Shown here in pieces: positions 13,814-25,862 of a stretch of DNA of 64,000 nucleotides. Position numbers and translations under genes: made by a program. The notes under the pieces were generated by a model. The model was not told where the DNA came from. It saw nothing but the letters and a program-made list of their open reading frames with translations, and did no database searches. Numbering within the stretch: position 1 is the stretch's first letter; each line of letters starts with the position of its first letter. The DNA comes from Chrysomallon squamiferum (taxonomy: Eukaryota > Animalia > Mollusca), in contig CM022665.1 in assembly GCA_012295275.1 (NCBI GenBank), positions 24,614,001-24,678,000 on the forward strand, given 5' to 3'.

Positions 13814-16800
13814 TATTTTTTTAAATTAAAGATGTTTCAAATAAATGAAGAAAAGAAAGAAGAGGAAATAAACTGAAAAAAAAAATGTAAAAACAGAATT
13901 AATGGTGCAACATTCCTTCATAAAATTTAAACCCGATAACAAACAGATTCCAACATAACAACAATGTTATATTTATTTTTTAACAACTGATAACAACCCC
14001 CAAAAAGCCAATTACATTACTGATAATCTACTATCAATGTTTTGCAATAAGACTCATCAAGAAAAAATACACTTTTCTAGTTTACTAACTTCATTACCTA
14101 TTTTGGATCTTTTACATCAGCTTTCCATATTTAGTAAAGCACAGATAATGCCCTTTTATAAGCCTGATGCAGAGAATTGACAAGAACAGTAAACTGGCTA
14201 GTTAATTCACTGCAGAGGACTGATCTTGCAACCTGTTATAAATGAAATGAGCACCCTTAAAGTTGAGATGTACTAACCTGACCAGGATCAAGGCTTCCAT
14301 CAATATGCATTTCTCCATCTGGGAGAGTTGCTGAGGGTCCTTACTCATCTTCTTAATGTTGTTGTACAACAACTCAAACACTGGCTGTTAAAATAAATAA
14401 CAAAAGAAATTAGAAAAAAAAACCCAACAAGATCTGGAATACAACAGAATTTAATAATGACGAGGATGAGGATGATAAAGACAACGATGAGAATACTTTT
14501 TTTTTTCAAAGTTATTTTAGCTAATTATGCCCTGTCAACAATAACTTCAATAATACAGGTAAAATGTTATTATGAATAAAATTGTTTATTCCAGTATTTT
14601 TTATAATTTCAGTTTCTTTTATATAGATATGTAGATGTAGGTCATATTTTGAAATAAAAAGAGTCCATATGATCTTTTAAAAATTATTAAGTATTTAGTT
14701 TCAAAAATAAATTATAATGAAATTATAAAATCACATTTAAGAACCCATAAAACAACCATACTCAATTACTACTTCCTTTTATACATTCTTCTACTGATTA
14801 TGTTAATAATAATAATAATCCACTGAGATTGTAACATGGCCAATATGAAGAAATCCAATTTAATATTATAATGGGATATCACAGTTGTTGATTTTTCCCA
14901 AGTACTTACAAACAACAACTCAGGACTCTGTCTGCAGATTTTGACAAGGATGGAACAAGCATGTTGTCTGACATTTTTCACACCTCTACTTCTTGTACCC
15001 TTGGTCTGCCCTTGCAGGCTGAATACCACAGCTCCAAATATCTAAAATTCACAAGTTTCAATAAAAATGTGCATAATAATTTCTTTAACAATACAATAAA
15101 AAGACTGAAAATTAAAAAACAAACAAACAAACAAACAAATAAACAAATAAATAAACAAATAAAATAAAAACAAACCAAAACAAATAAGAAAATAATAAAA
15201 TAAAGAAACAATCAAAATATTTAATATGTTCAGTTCATTAGCCTCTAAAATTTAATTTTCTGTTCAAATGTACACACCAAAGCCCTAAATGAAAAATATT
15301 TAATATAAAATTAAAGAAAACATTAGCTTTTACTAATAAAGGAATAGAAAAAAATAATAAAATAAAATAAAATTTAATAATAATAATAATAAAAAAATTT
15401 ATAAAATAAAACAAATACAATAAAAAAAAAATTACTTCTAAGTGATACTGTCAAACACAATTTAAAAAAAAAATGAAGGCAACTTAGAACAACTGAAGAG
15501 TTAAAAGCAAGGTGAAGTTTAATAATTATTTTGCCCTCTTAGCCTCCTTGCATGATCACTGATAACACAACAAAGATTAATATAAATAAATAAGTAAATA
15601 CCTTTTCTAATACTTGCACAATCTCACTAGTTTCAGTAAGAAATGGAAAGAATGCAGATACACAGGAGAGCAGACATGACAAAATTAATGGATCCTGAAA
15701 TGATAAAATATTGCTAATGTCAGCAGCACATAGAAAATCATTTTACTTTCATCTGCTATTTGCAAAACAATTGTGTTTTAATGAAACAAAGGTATCTAAA
15801 ATATTTTATTAAAGCAATTTACTTATCACTGCATTTTCTTGGAAAATACAAATAAGCTATCTAATTTTTATGTTAATATAAAATTGTTCTTTCAGTATAT
15901 TGCTTTAAAAAAAAAATAATAAATTAAAAAAAGCATATATTTGGTTTACAACTAAATTTTATTAAAGAAAATACTGTATCATAATTTAGAACATAAATGT
16001 AAATCTCTAATGTTAATAAAATATCTAGTGTAAGGTATAATTCTACAGTTCATACTAAAAAAAAGAACCAAAACAGTTTTTGTACACAACAAACAACTGA
16101 TTTCTTCTTTTTTGGGGGGGAGGGGGGTATCTGCTTTGCATTTAAATTTATTAACAATTAATTAACTTTGGTTAACAGCTATTATGACAGTTTCATTTCT
16201 AACACAACAAGAATGATTTAAGTTTATACCTGTGTTTCATATTTGAGTACATTGTTCAAGAGCTCCATTCCTATGCTGAGATCTGGCTGGCTTTTGTCCG
16301 ACTGCCGAATTCGAGACATAACACACTCCAGAAACACAGTCAGTGCATCCCACTCAAGAAATGATGGAGAATTTGGGTTACAGTTGCCCAACTCATTACC
16401 TTGAAGAATAAAGAATGAATATTGTAACACCAATCAAGTTAGACAGACAGACTGAATGATAGAATGAAACATGTTTGGTTCATGCATGCATGTACACATA
16501 GATATATTTCGGCCACATTCAATACCTGACACTGTGTTATTAATCACACTGTTAAATGAACATTATGTATATAGCTTCAAAGACATATCTTCATAACAAA
16601 GTCAGTCTGCAAGCAAGTCCAGTTTTTATAACTAGCGTATTATCACTTAGCTACAGAATAGAAAAATATTAGATTAGTATAAAAATTCACAGGGTTTCTA
16701 ACTGAAATTCAAAGACAATATTTAGATATTTAACCACTTAAGTATCATTTTGTTCACCTTTCAGAATGTGTGTGTGTGTGTTTGTGTGCATTTCAGTCAC

Positions 16801-19800
16801 ATGTCAAATGAAATCAATTGCTCCAACACCACCCACTGAAACAATGCAACAAACTGTGTGTGCATATGCACACATGTGTGTGTGTAGATAAATAGACAGA
16901 CAGACAGACAGACAGAGCAGTACCTAATAGTATGTAAATTACCTGATCCTGTGTCAATAGGTTTTTCTAGCTGTGACTGCAACCATTCCATTGCCAGGGA
17001 AAATGAAAGTTTTGGGTTAAGAAGTGTGGCCTGGCGTAGTATAGCACAAGTATCAGCCCTGTATCCTGCAAAAGTATGGACAGATAGATAGATATATATA
17101 GATACATTACACACACACACACACACAATTTTAACCCATTAACCCATAATTTTTTCTTGTTCATTTGATTTGAACTGAACATCAGATTCCACAGATTCCA
17201 CAATAACAGATAAAAATAAAAACACAAAAGTATATATTTAGTCATTCTAAAATTCAGTTTTCTCTTGAAACTTTAGAACTTCAAGACAGCTTTAAAACAA
17301 CAACTAAAATTAAAGTAAAATTAAATTTTTGAATGCAATTATAATTTGTAACAAAGTCCATCCTATAACAATATAATATAACCCTAACCCTAATCCTGAC
17401 AATGAAAATTCTTACTGGAATAGAACATGCTAAATTCTTCATCACTGTCAAAATCCATTCGTGCAAATTCACAGCTTGGTGAATTAGTTTGGCTAGGAAA
17501 TCCTACCTGGAGAGATAAAAAAAAAGAAAATGAAATATAGTTCAAAATATTTAAATAAAAAATGTAAGATAGTTGTTCATTTCTGTCAAGCAGTTTGAAA
17601 TCTTTCATAAGTAATATTTGGTTTTTGTAAAATAATTATGAAAATGTTTCTTTTAGAAATCTTTCCTAAACTACTTGTTTAATATGATGTAAAATTATTA
17701 TTTAAAATATCATTAATATATTCATATAGTTTTCTAAGCAAAAATTATTATCAGACATCATTAATATAGTCAGATGTTATTCTGCATAAAAGAAAACTAA
17801 AATAATATCAAACATATAATCTAAGATAAACATAAGCTAACATGCCTGCTGTAGGGTTTTTACTCATGAAAACTAAAATGTTGTCTTGAATATTAAGACA
17901 TACCATAAGGTAAATCATAAGCTAACATACCTTCTGTAGAGTTTTCATTGATGACTGAAGAATCTGTGGCACAAATACTTCCATCACAGGATCATGAGAT
18001 ATCTGCTCATGTCGTAGAAAAGTTACCCACAGAGACTGGGGATAACTGCCTAACATCTATAATAAACAAAGAAAAAGTAAATGCACTACTGGTTATTATA
18101 AACATACAGAGAGAGAAAGATAGTCAAAATAAATGCACTTTTTATTATAGTCACACAGGTATGCAAAATTAATTATATGAGATGTCTTGACCAACAAAAA
18201 CAAGCAGTAAATGCCAGTGTTTGCAAGAAAATGATTTACAATTACAAACCTGACTAGGATGTTTTGTAAAAGCCATCAGAGCTTCAAGGTATTCAGCAAA
18301 ATTCATTGGTTGACTCACATCTTCAGCTGAACCCTGCAAAGAAATATCATTTCTCATTATCTTTATTAAAGATAAAGGCAAAGATTTTACAGCAGCTTTC
18401 TGTATATCTACTGATAAAAAGATTAAAAAAATAATTTACTATAATTTAATGATTTTAAAATTATATTCTATAATCTGTACAAAAACCAGATTTCTTCTTA
18501 TATTATAAGATTAAACATTTTGTGTACTTTTTTTTAAGTGAACTAAAACATTTATGAAAAAAGGTTTTTAAGATATTTCACAGGTAAATGATGGTCTACT
18601 AAATAATCTGAATCAGATAATAATAAATAAATAAATAAAAAAATTCCTTGTAATAAGATAATAAATGGCTTACCCACAATGCACAGAGCTGTTTTCCCAG
18701 TTCTGTAAGCACCTGACACAAGCGTTTCAAGAACAGATACTTTTCTGGCTGCAGAGATTGGACAGCTGTCCTAAATAAACAATAGTAATAGAATAAATAT
18801 AAACATGAAAATCTGCCTAATGACAATTCAAGACATTTTAATATTAATAGTTATTAGGTATGATATTATTTTCGATACAGAAACATACTTTGCTTTTTAG
18901 AAAAAAAAAAACATTTTTATTGTTTGAAATATAACAAGAAATATTACCGAGCAGCATTCAAAATGGTGAACATTGCTTCTTTACTGAAAAGCATCAGTAG
19001 TGGTTTTCTTTCTTCCAATTTACCCTGCAGTGAAAAAAAAAAAAAAAAAAAAAAAAGATAATATTTAATAACACCTTCAACCCAAAGAAAATAACAATTC
19101 TTGGGTTACTGAATGACAACATCATTAAAATAAAAATATAAATAAAATAACTTATAGTAATATTCTTAAAAAAGAAAAAAATACATAATAATGTGCAAAT
19201 AAAAAATGTTCTAAAACTGTTATTATTAATTTTAAAATGGTTTATATAAAATAAATCAAAGGAATATGAAATAAATATCTCAGTATGCTAAAAGAAAAAT
19301 TAAATTATTTTTTAAGTGGATGCTTAAAAGTATGTTATGTTAAATAAACACTAAAAATGGCTTTCCTGGATTTATTTTAGAATATTACAGTCTACATTTA
19401 CCATGAAATGTATGTAAATATTTATTAATTAATGAAGTTATATAAACAGATAATAATTTAGGTATTTTTTGTGTACATGCACTATGTATATATACTGATA
19501 AATACACAAGTGCACCAGAAAAATATTATTCTGTTTAGAAACACTCTACTGGTCTTTTTGTGAGGGGGGGGGTTATTAAAAAGCAAAATAAATCATATCT
19601 TTTAAAACATTAAGATAACCTAAATTATATTAGAGAACAAATATCTTACTTTCCGGCTGACAATGAGTAAAAGACATTCAACAGCATGCAGTTGCAAGTT
19701 GATATCATTTAAAAGCACACACAGAATCTTCAACAGTTGACCATCTTCTTCAATAATGTAATTCATGTGAACCCATTCAACAAATCCAGTAAGGGTGGTC

Positions 19801-22800
19801 AACACAGCCTGGCTCACTAGGCAGGCAGCTTTAGCTGCTATCGCATCACAGTCCAGAACACTTTCACTCTGTAATAAAGAAATGAATGAAATGAATGTTT
19901 AACATTAGTGATAGCATTAACAACATTAAAGATTAATATGTTATTCTGCCTCTTTTTCTTTTGGCTCAGAGGTTTAATAATGATTACAGAATAAAAATCT
20001 GCTCTCATCAATTCATGAGCTATTACGAGAAGTACAAGACTGAAGGATCAATCCTCTTGTGTGTCTTCAGATATACTAACTGTTTCACAGGAAAAATTAT
20101 TAGTATTACAAAAACAGTAGTTATGCTCTTTCTTCTTCGCTATAAAATTGTAATTGTCATTATATTCAAATCTGTTGTGACTGTGAGTAAATGATGTCTG
20201 AATTTATCATCTCACACAAGTAAAAAATACAAATTAGATACATACCAGAGAACGGTATCTTGTGGTGTACAGGTCTAAGACAGTAAGAAAGTACTGGAAT
20301 AGATCAGACATGTGACCTGTGAGAGACTGCAAAACTTCTCTCCTCCTTTGATTGGGGACATTGCAGAAAACAACAATATCTTCAACAAGTCGATGGAACA
20401 CTTTCAAAACAAGTTCTGTTTGGGTTTCCTAAACATCATGGAAAAAACATTTAATCAGTAATACTATGAAAGAAAAATAAAAAGTAAAAAAATAATAAAT
20501 AAATAAATAAAAATTATTATTTATCTACAACTGATGTAATTCAATTAGTCTATGTTGAAATAATGGGGTTTTTTAAATACTTTTTATTATTATTAATATC
20601 CTTATTATAAGCTAAACATTAATAAAGAAATTACCATATATCCTTAACTTTTATTTCTTTGGTACAATTACATTTCATACTTCAAGACAAATGTGTATTA
20701 ATTTTCTGTTCTGGTAATGCAAAAAGTACACAAGAATGTATGATTTGACTAAAACAGAAAAACAGAATGGCTACTGACCCCAATTTGTGATAGTGTGTGA
20801 AGGTCACTTAACAAATTAGGCCAACACTGAGGCCATTCTCTCTTGACCAGTTCTACAACAATCCTGGAAATACCATCTTTGATGTGGAGCTCTTCGTCCA
20901 GTATCCCTTGGGTTCCCTGTATGTTAAAAACAGTTATTATTTTTTCAACAATGAAGGTCTGTTGTAAAGGGGATACATTTCATATAATTATTTTAATGAA
21001 AATGATACAGTTTCTTAAAGGAAATTAAAATGAAAAAGGTTCCATTGTAATTGAAATAAATCAGTCATCCAATGTTTTATTGATATTAAAAAAATACTTT
21101 TTGAAAAGATAATTAAGATAAAAAAAAAATAAAAAAAATTATGTATTGTTTGTACTGTCAGTTATATTTCTAGACAAAACATTAGTTTTTATTCAAACGA
21201 AATAATCAAATTCTTTACAGAATGCACAAGATCAGGTATCATAATTTTACAGTTTATTTAAGAATAAACATGTTAAAACACCTGAATAAAGGTGTATATA
21301 AGTAAAATGTCATTGTGCTGACTTCATTTGTTTGAGTTATATTACATAAGAATTATGCTATGTGGACATCAAATGAACATATAAGTACTTTATTCTAATA
21401 CATGTAAACAATTATGAAGATACAAAATATAAAATACAAACATTATTAATAAGCTGCAAAGAGGAAGTTTTCACTAGATCTTTTTCAATTGGATTTAATG
21501 CATTCCATCTGAACCTGGAAAAAAAAAAATATAAAAAAGTAAATAAAAGCAATAGTAATTTACAATACTAATTCACATATGTATCTAGTTTATCTAAAAT
21601 ACAGGCAATGTAAAGTTAAAGCAAAAAAAAAAAAAATATATATATATTTACCTATGTTAAAATTGTAATTTTCAAAAACAATTTTTTTTTTTTTTTTTTT
21701 ACTGAAAATAGTCTTTTGAAGCAAAAAAGTATCATGCACATTACTCTTGAACAAAGTGTTTAAGAATAAATTAAAACAAGAAAAACAATAGTGCTATCAT
21801 TTTTTACATGAACACTATTCATTTAACAATAATATTTAGAACTGATTAGTATCTGATAAAATATATGGGGAAAATAAATAAAAAACCAATAATAAATACA
21901 GTCATTATTTAAAACATAAAAATAGCCATAAAAATAGATTATGAAAATGAAAGATGAGTTACTAAGTTTCTTTTTATTAATCCTAATTATGTAAGAAATA
22001 AATGAATACTCAGACCAAATACTAATGGTACATTTTGAAAACCATTAATTATCCATTATTTCTTAAAATAAACAAATGATAGGTACATTTTAATTTACAC
22101 AATTACAGACATTGTGAACACTGCTTGCATCCATTATTGCTCATACCATAAATAACTAACCAATTTGTATTCCTGTGATGCAGATAAGGATATTTTTTTA
22201 ATTGTTGCTTTTATACATTTTGTGATCAAGTTAATTATCATTTTACTAGTAGTACTATTAGGTACTACTATTGAGTACTTGAGTGTGATGTACAGACAGC
22301 ACTGCAGCAGGGTTTTAGTTGTTAGGCAGTTTAAGAGGAAACAAAAATTTCTATCAGCATGAAATAAAATTTACTTCCTTCTTTTTTAAATTTTATTATT
22401 ACTTATTAAAATGTTTGAATATACTGATGCACTAGACTAGTTATATATCTTTCTAATGCACAAGATTTGAGATTTTCTTTACATGAAAATGTGAACACAA
22501 ACAACAGTTGCTGCTACTTTGGCATGTGAACTACTTTGGTGTGTGATCAACAACTTAAAGGTTGATCTAAAGCAAAAAAAAATATCAAGGAAATTTCTAT
22601 TAGATAAAAGTGTAATAATGAGAAAGGATAATTATATTCCTTTAACACGAAATGCCACTTTATTGCAGGCAGGTAAACTAATACAACAGATTTGGCCTAG
22701 CTTGATTGGAAATGGATTAAATATTCAGTTATTCATTCCGATGAATGGCCAGCATACTCCAGTTTAAATTGTCTAAATTTCAGCCATTCTATTTTCAAAT

Positions 22801-23920
22801 TTTGAAAAAGATGAGAGAAGTGAACCAAAGAACTTTCCAATCAAAACCTGATTATATCTGTTGGATACAGATGAGAAAGAATGCTGAAGATCATTTTTTT
22901 GTTTTTTTCTAGCAGATGTTCACTCAATTCAGTAATAAAATTATTCAAATTTCTAAACTTTTTAGCTCTTGTTCCTATAAATTATAAATATATAATAAAA
23001 GGAAAACTTGTTTCATTAATGTGGTAAAAAATAATAATAAAAAACCAAGAATAAAATAATAATTAAAATAAGTGTGTAGATCACACCCCAAAGTAGAATT
23101 TGCTCAGTGTAGATCATATGCCAAAGTAGCACCCAATAGCTGTTGCTACCAATATTTCTTAAAATAAAGTACTATTAGATCAAAACACACTGATTGCAAT
23201 AGTATATTAACCGTAACAATCTACGAATCTAACCAAATTTTCAGTGGCTTTTTTATTGTATTATCTGAAATATTATTAACAATTAATGCAAATTAAATTT
23301 GTCCCTACTTTATACAATATTCAATAAGCTGAAGACCAAAATGGCGAAGAATTGGTGTGTATTGTTGTTGTGACAGTTCTAATCCACACTGTAGACAGTA
23401 CGGAGAAGATTCTTTAAAATCTTCACAAATCTACAATGAAAGGAAATAAATACTACATAAAGACAAACTATTTAATATGAATATTAACATTCAAGATCAT
23501 ATAAAGTGTAAATGTAAAGATATATTAATTAACAAATAAAATAATAAATTAAAAAATATATTACCAGGTGTCTGTTATTTATTATTTAAATTACATTAAA
23601 GTATTATTTATATAGTTGTTGACACTGCTGTCATTACAGTAATCACATATATCATAACTTATTTGTTTCAAAACTAATATTTTATCTTTACAAAAATTAT
23701 TTATTGATGAAAGGATTTTCCTTCAGTAAAAACTGTATTTTAAAAGATTTTAAGTAAACGGCAAAGTTTTCAAACATCCCATTTAAAGACTTTTGGCTCT
23801 TTGCCTTAAACAACGCACCTTGTAAGCTTCCTGACGTTCACTCTGCGTAACCATGTCATTCATCACAGTCTCGACGGCTGCTACCAATGTTGGTATAATT
23901 TCATGTATCATCCCTGTCAT
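1427..23920 (-). CDS. XPO5: Exportin-5 (importin-beta family pre-miRNA/dsRNA export receptor), 32 coding exons, ~1198 aa after removing one extra base
   Basis: Exons (- strand): 23920-23819, 23430-23309, 21514-21442, 20916-20779, 20428-20246, 19868-19650, 19024-18948, 18770-18674, 18333-18250, 18056-17931, 17506-17416, 17065-16943, 16399-16230, 15694-15602, 15041-14910, 14384-14278, 13691-13599, 13073-12974, 12502-12437, 9048-8932, 8699-8599, 8188-8092, 7208-7072, 6739-6642, 6540-6482, 5889-5807, 5130-4982, 4141-4037, 3488-3348, 2764-2696, 2165-2079, 1585-1427. They sum to 3598 nt (3n+1). Recognised XPO5 motifs: RHFGLQLIE, VELVKREWPQCWP, YLFLKRLCQVL, EFARMDFDSDEEF, VKNVRQHACSIL, GLRVHGQH, IGQQFQREIQYKNLPPLF. 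Confidence 0.95.
1923..1964 (-). mobile_element. Terminal fragment of a piggyBac-like MITE, same family as 58560-58769
   Basis: Reverse complement TTAACCCTTTCCTTGTGCTAAGTGGATGTATCCACTCAAAA closely matches the left end at 58556 (TTAACCCTTTCTTTGTGATAAGTGGATATTATCCACTCAAAA). Confidence 0.7.
3111..3260. repeat. 26-bp minisatellite, ~6 degenerate copies
   Basis: Unit GTTGCTTGATAATGATAATAGTGATA recurs at about 3111, 3137, 3163, 3189, 3215 and 3241. Confidence 0.8.
5465..5760. mobile_element. Tc1/mariner (pogo/Tigger-type) MITE, Tigger4/Zombi-like
   Basis: TIRs CAGCTTGAGAATTCCTTATC and GATAAGTGGTCCTCAACCTG, with TA on the left and TG on the right. The interior resembles my recollection of the Tigger4 consensus (not database-checked). 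Confidence 0.75.
6740..7071 (-). other. U12-type (minor spliceosome) intron of XPO5 with AT-AA termini
   Basis: 5' site ATATCCTTT at 7071; branch site CCCTTAAC at 6756-6749. Only a junction after ...TTTCAA (6740) keeps the frame (C|GT = Arg, giving PVIRVFTKPF). Confidence 0.85.
7408..7813. mobile_element. Tc1/mariner-type MITE
   Basis: Perfect 19-bp inverted repeat GTTGACCCTTGATTTCATG (7410) / CATGAAATCAAGGGTCAAC (ends 7811). TA dinucleotides at 7406-7407 and 7814-7815 fit a TA target-site duplication. Confidence 0.85.
9270..11990. repeat. Higher-order tandem repeat in the largest XPO5 intron (~460-570 bp period, built from ~100/200-bp subunits)
   Basis: Core CAGTCATGTAGACTCAAGAATG at 9445, 10011, 10546, 11075 and 11537, plus a diverged copy at 10825. 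Submotif ATTCTAAA(TTT) recurs more than 10 times. Confidence 0.9.
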
Positions 23921-23989
23921 GCTTGATAGTACACTGTTAACAAAACAAAATATTTTACGAGCACACTTTCTTATTTTCACCGGCACCTG

Positions 23990-24025
23990 TCGGACCAATC
24001 ATCACAAAAACCGGAAGTAAACTAA
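23990..24025. promoter_or_regulatory. XPO5 / gene A divergent promoter region
   Basis: CCAAT box (~23995) and ETS-type CCGGAAGT (~24011) in a locally CpG-richer segment 75-100 bp upstream of the XPO5 ATG. A + strand donor AG|GTAAAT at 24112 suggests a non-coding first exon of gene A. Confidence 0.55.
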
Positions 24026-24366
24026 AAACTCTTCCTTTTTAACAAAAGATTCAAGACCATAAAATTTACAAGTTGGGGTTTAAGATTTTATTTAATTCAT
24101 TAAATTACAAGGTAAATTTTTTCATCGGATAGAATATAATATTTGATTACGAATGCCCTTTTTATGATGGATATTTTAAAAGCAATTTAAATTTCTGAGA
24201 AACTGTCGTCAGTAAAATAAATAAAAATTTTGTTTATTATTTTTTTTTTTTTTACAATGTTTACAATAATTAACTATTAACAAGTATATTTTACTAGCAG
24301 TTAAGTAAAATCAAACTGTCTGTTTAAATTATTATACAAAACGAAGTTCACTAAATAAACGGGTGA

Positions 24367-24497
<131 letters not shown>

Positions 24498-24600
24498 GTA
24501 TCCAAATTTATGATGATAATCATTTTCATTTTGCAACTTAATATTAGATAATTGCTTACTATTTTCAATGAGGCCTTAAAAAAATAAAAAAAAATAAAAA

Positions 24601-24635
<35 letters not shown>

Positions 24636-24950
24636 TCTGATTATTTTTAAAAGTAGTTTGATTTAAATTGTGTGTAGTACCAAATCTGCACAATCTGAAT
24701 TGCACACAAAATAGAGATCAAAGAAGTTAAAAGTGTTTTCTACCTCTGTCTGTTAATGTTATATGTACAATTAAAAGCACATATAATGAGTTATAATTAC
24801 TATCTTGGTTATCAAATTAATGTTAATGAGAAAATGTCATGTAAAGTCTTCTGCCTGATGACCAGTTTCACCACTGTAAAAAAAAAGGAATAAATATTGT
24901 GTAAAACAAGTTTTATATCTGGTTTTATTTTAATTACTTTAGTCGCTGTT

Positions 24951-25862
24951 ATGCGGAGAAATGAAATACCACCACCTGGATTTTTATTTTTTGGAGAAGA
25001 CAGACAATTGCTATTCAATCAAAGAGGACTAAGACAACCCACTTATTATCATGTTGGCATACATTTTTATAGTTCTATTTATTATTCTCCGATTTATTCT
25101 GAACTAAATATTTTAAATGATATTTATATAATATACATTTAGTGTTCATTAGAGAGAAAAATTCAATTTTGTTTGTTTTCTTTTTGTTTTATAAGAATTG
25201 TATAATTTACTGTTGCTTAATTTTTTAATTTTTTTTTTATTTATAAATAAAGATATTAAAAAAAAAATGGATTTAATTTTTAAGTAGCAAGAAATTCTAC
25301 AGTCTTCACTAATGTAATATTAATCTGCATTTTCTTTCAGATTTTAAATCAAAACAGACAAACTGTGCGGCCATGTCCCGAAAGACAAATAACACAAAGA
25401 TTAGGGCCTTATCCAGTTAATGAACTGCAGAATGCAAGAGATGATCTTATTAACTGCTTGTACTTTACACCAAGTATAAGAGGAACTGCATTCCATCAGG
25501 TCAGGGAACTTGTTGGAATTGTTTCCAACCAGTTTGGTGCATTTCCACCAGTGACAACAGGATGTAATCGTATGACCTATGAGGAACATTCAACATCAGA
25601 GTTACAAACATTACTTCCTTGCCCATTACCACCATCAGACTTTTATAAAAATTATGAGTTAAATGTTAAGAAAAGAGACAGTTTTACTGGGAGAAAGATG
25701 TCAAAACTGAATGCTGAAGTTGGTGAATGTTCAGTAAATACTGATAATGATGATAGTTTAACTCATAGCAATAAAAATAACAAGACAAATATTGACAATA
25801 CTAGAAATGATAACATTTCATTACTGAATGCTGCAAAGAATTATCATTGTAGTTTTCCATAA
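24951..25862 (+). CDS. Gene A: uncharacterised ~207-aa protein with the unnamed 'PYPV' domain
   Basis: Exons 24951-25052 (weak donor GTTGGC, phase 0) and 25341-25862 (acceptor TTCTTTCAG). Domain PCPERQITQRLGPYPVNELQNARDDLINCLYF...VRELVG. AATAAA at ~26224. The first coding exon is less certain than the second. Confidence 0.7.
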
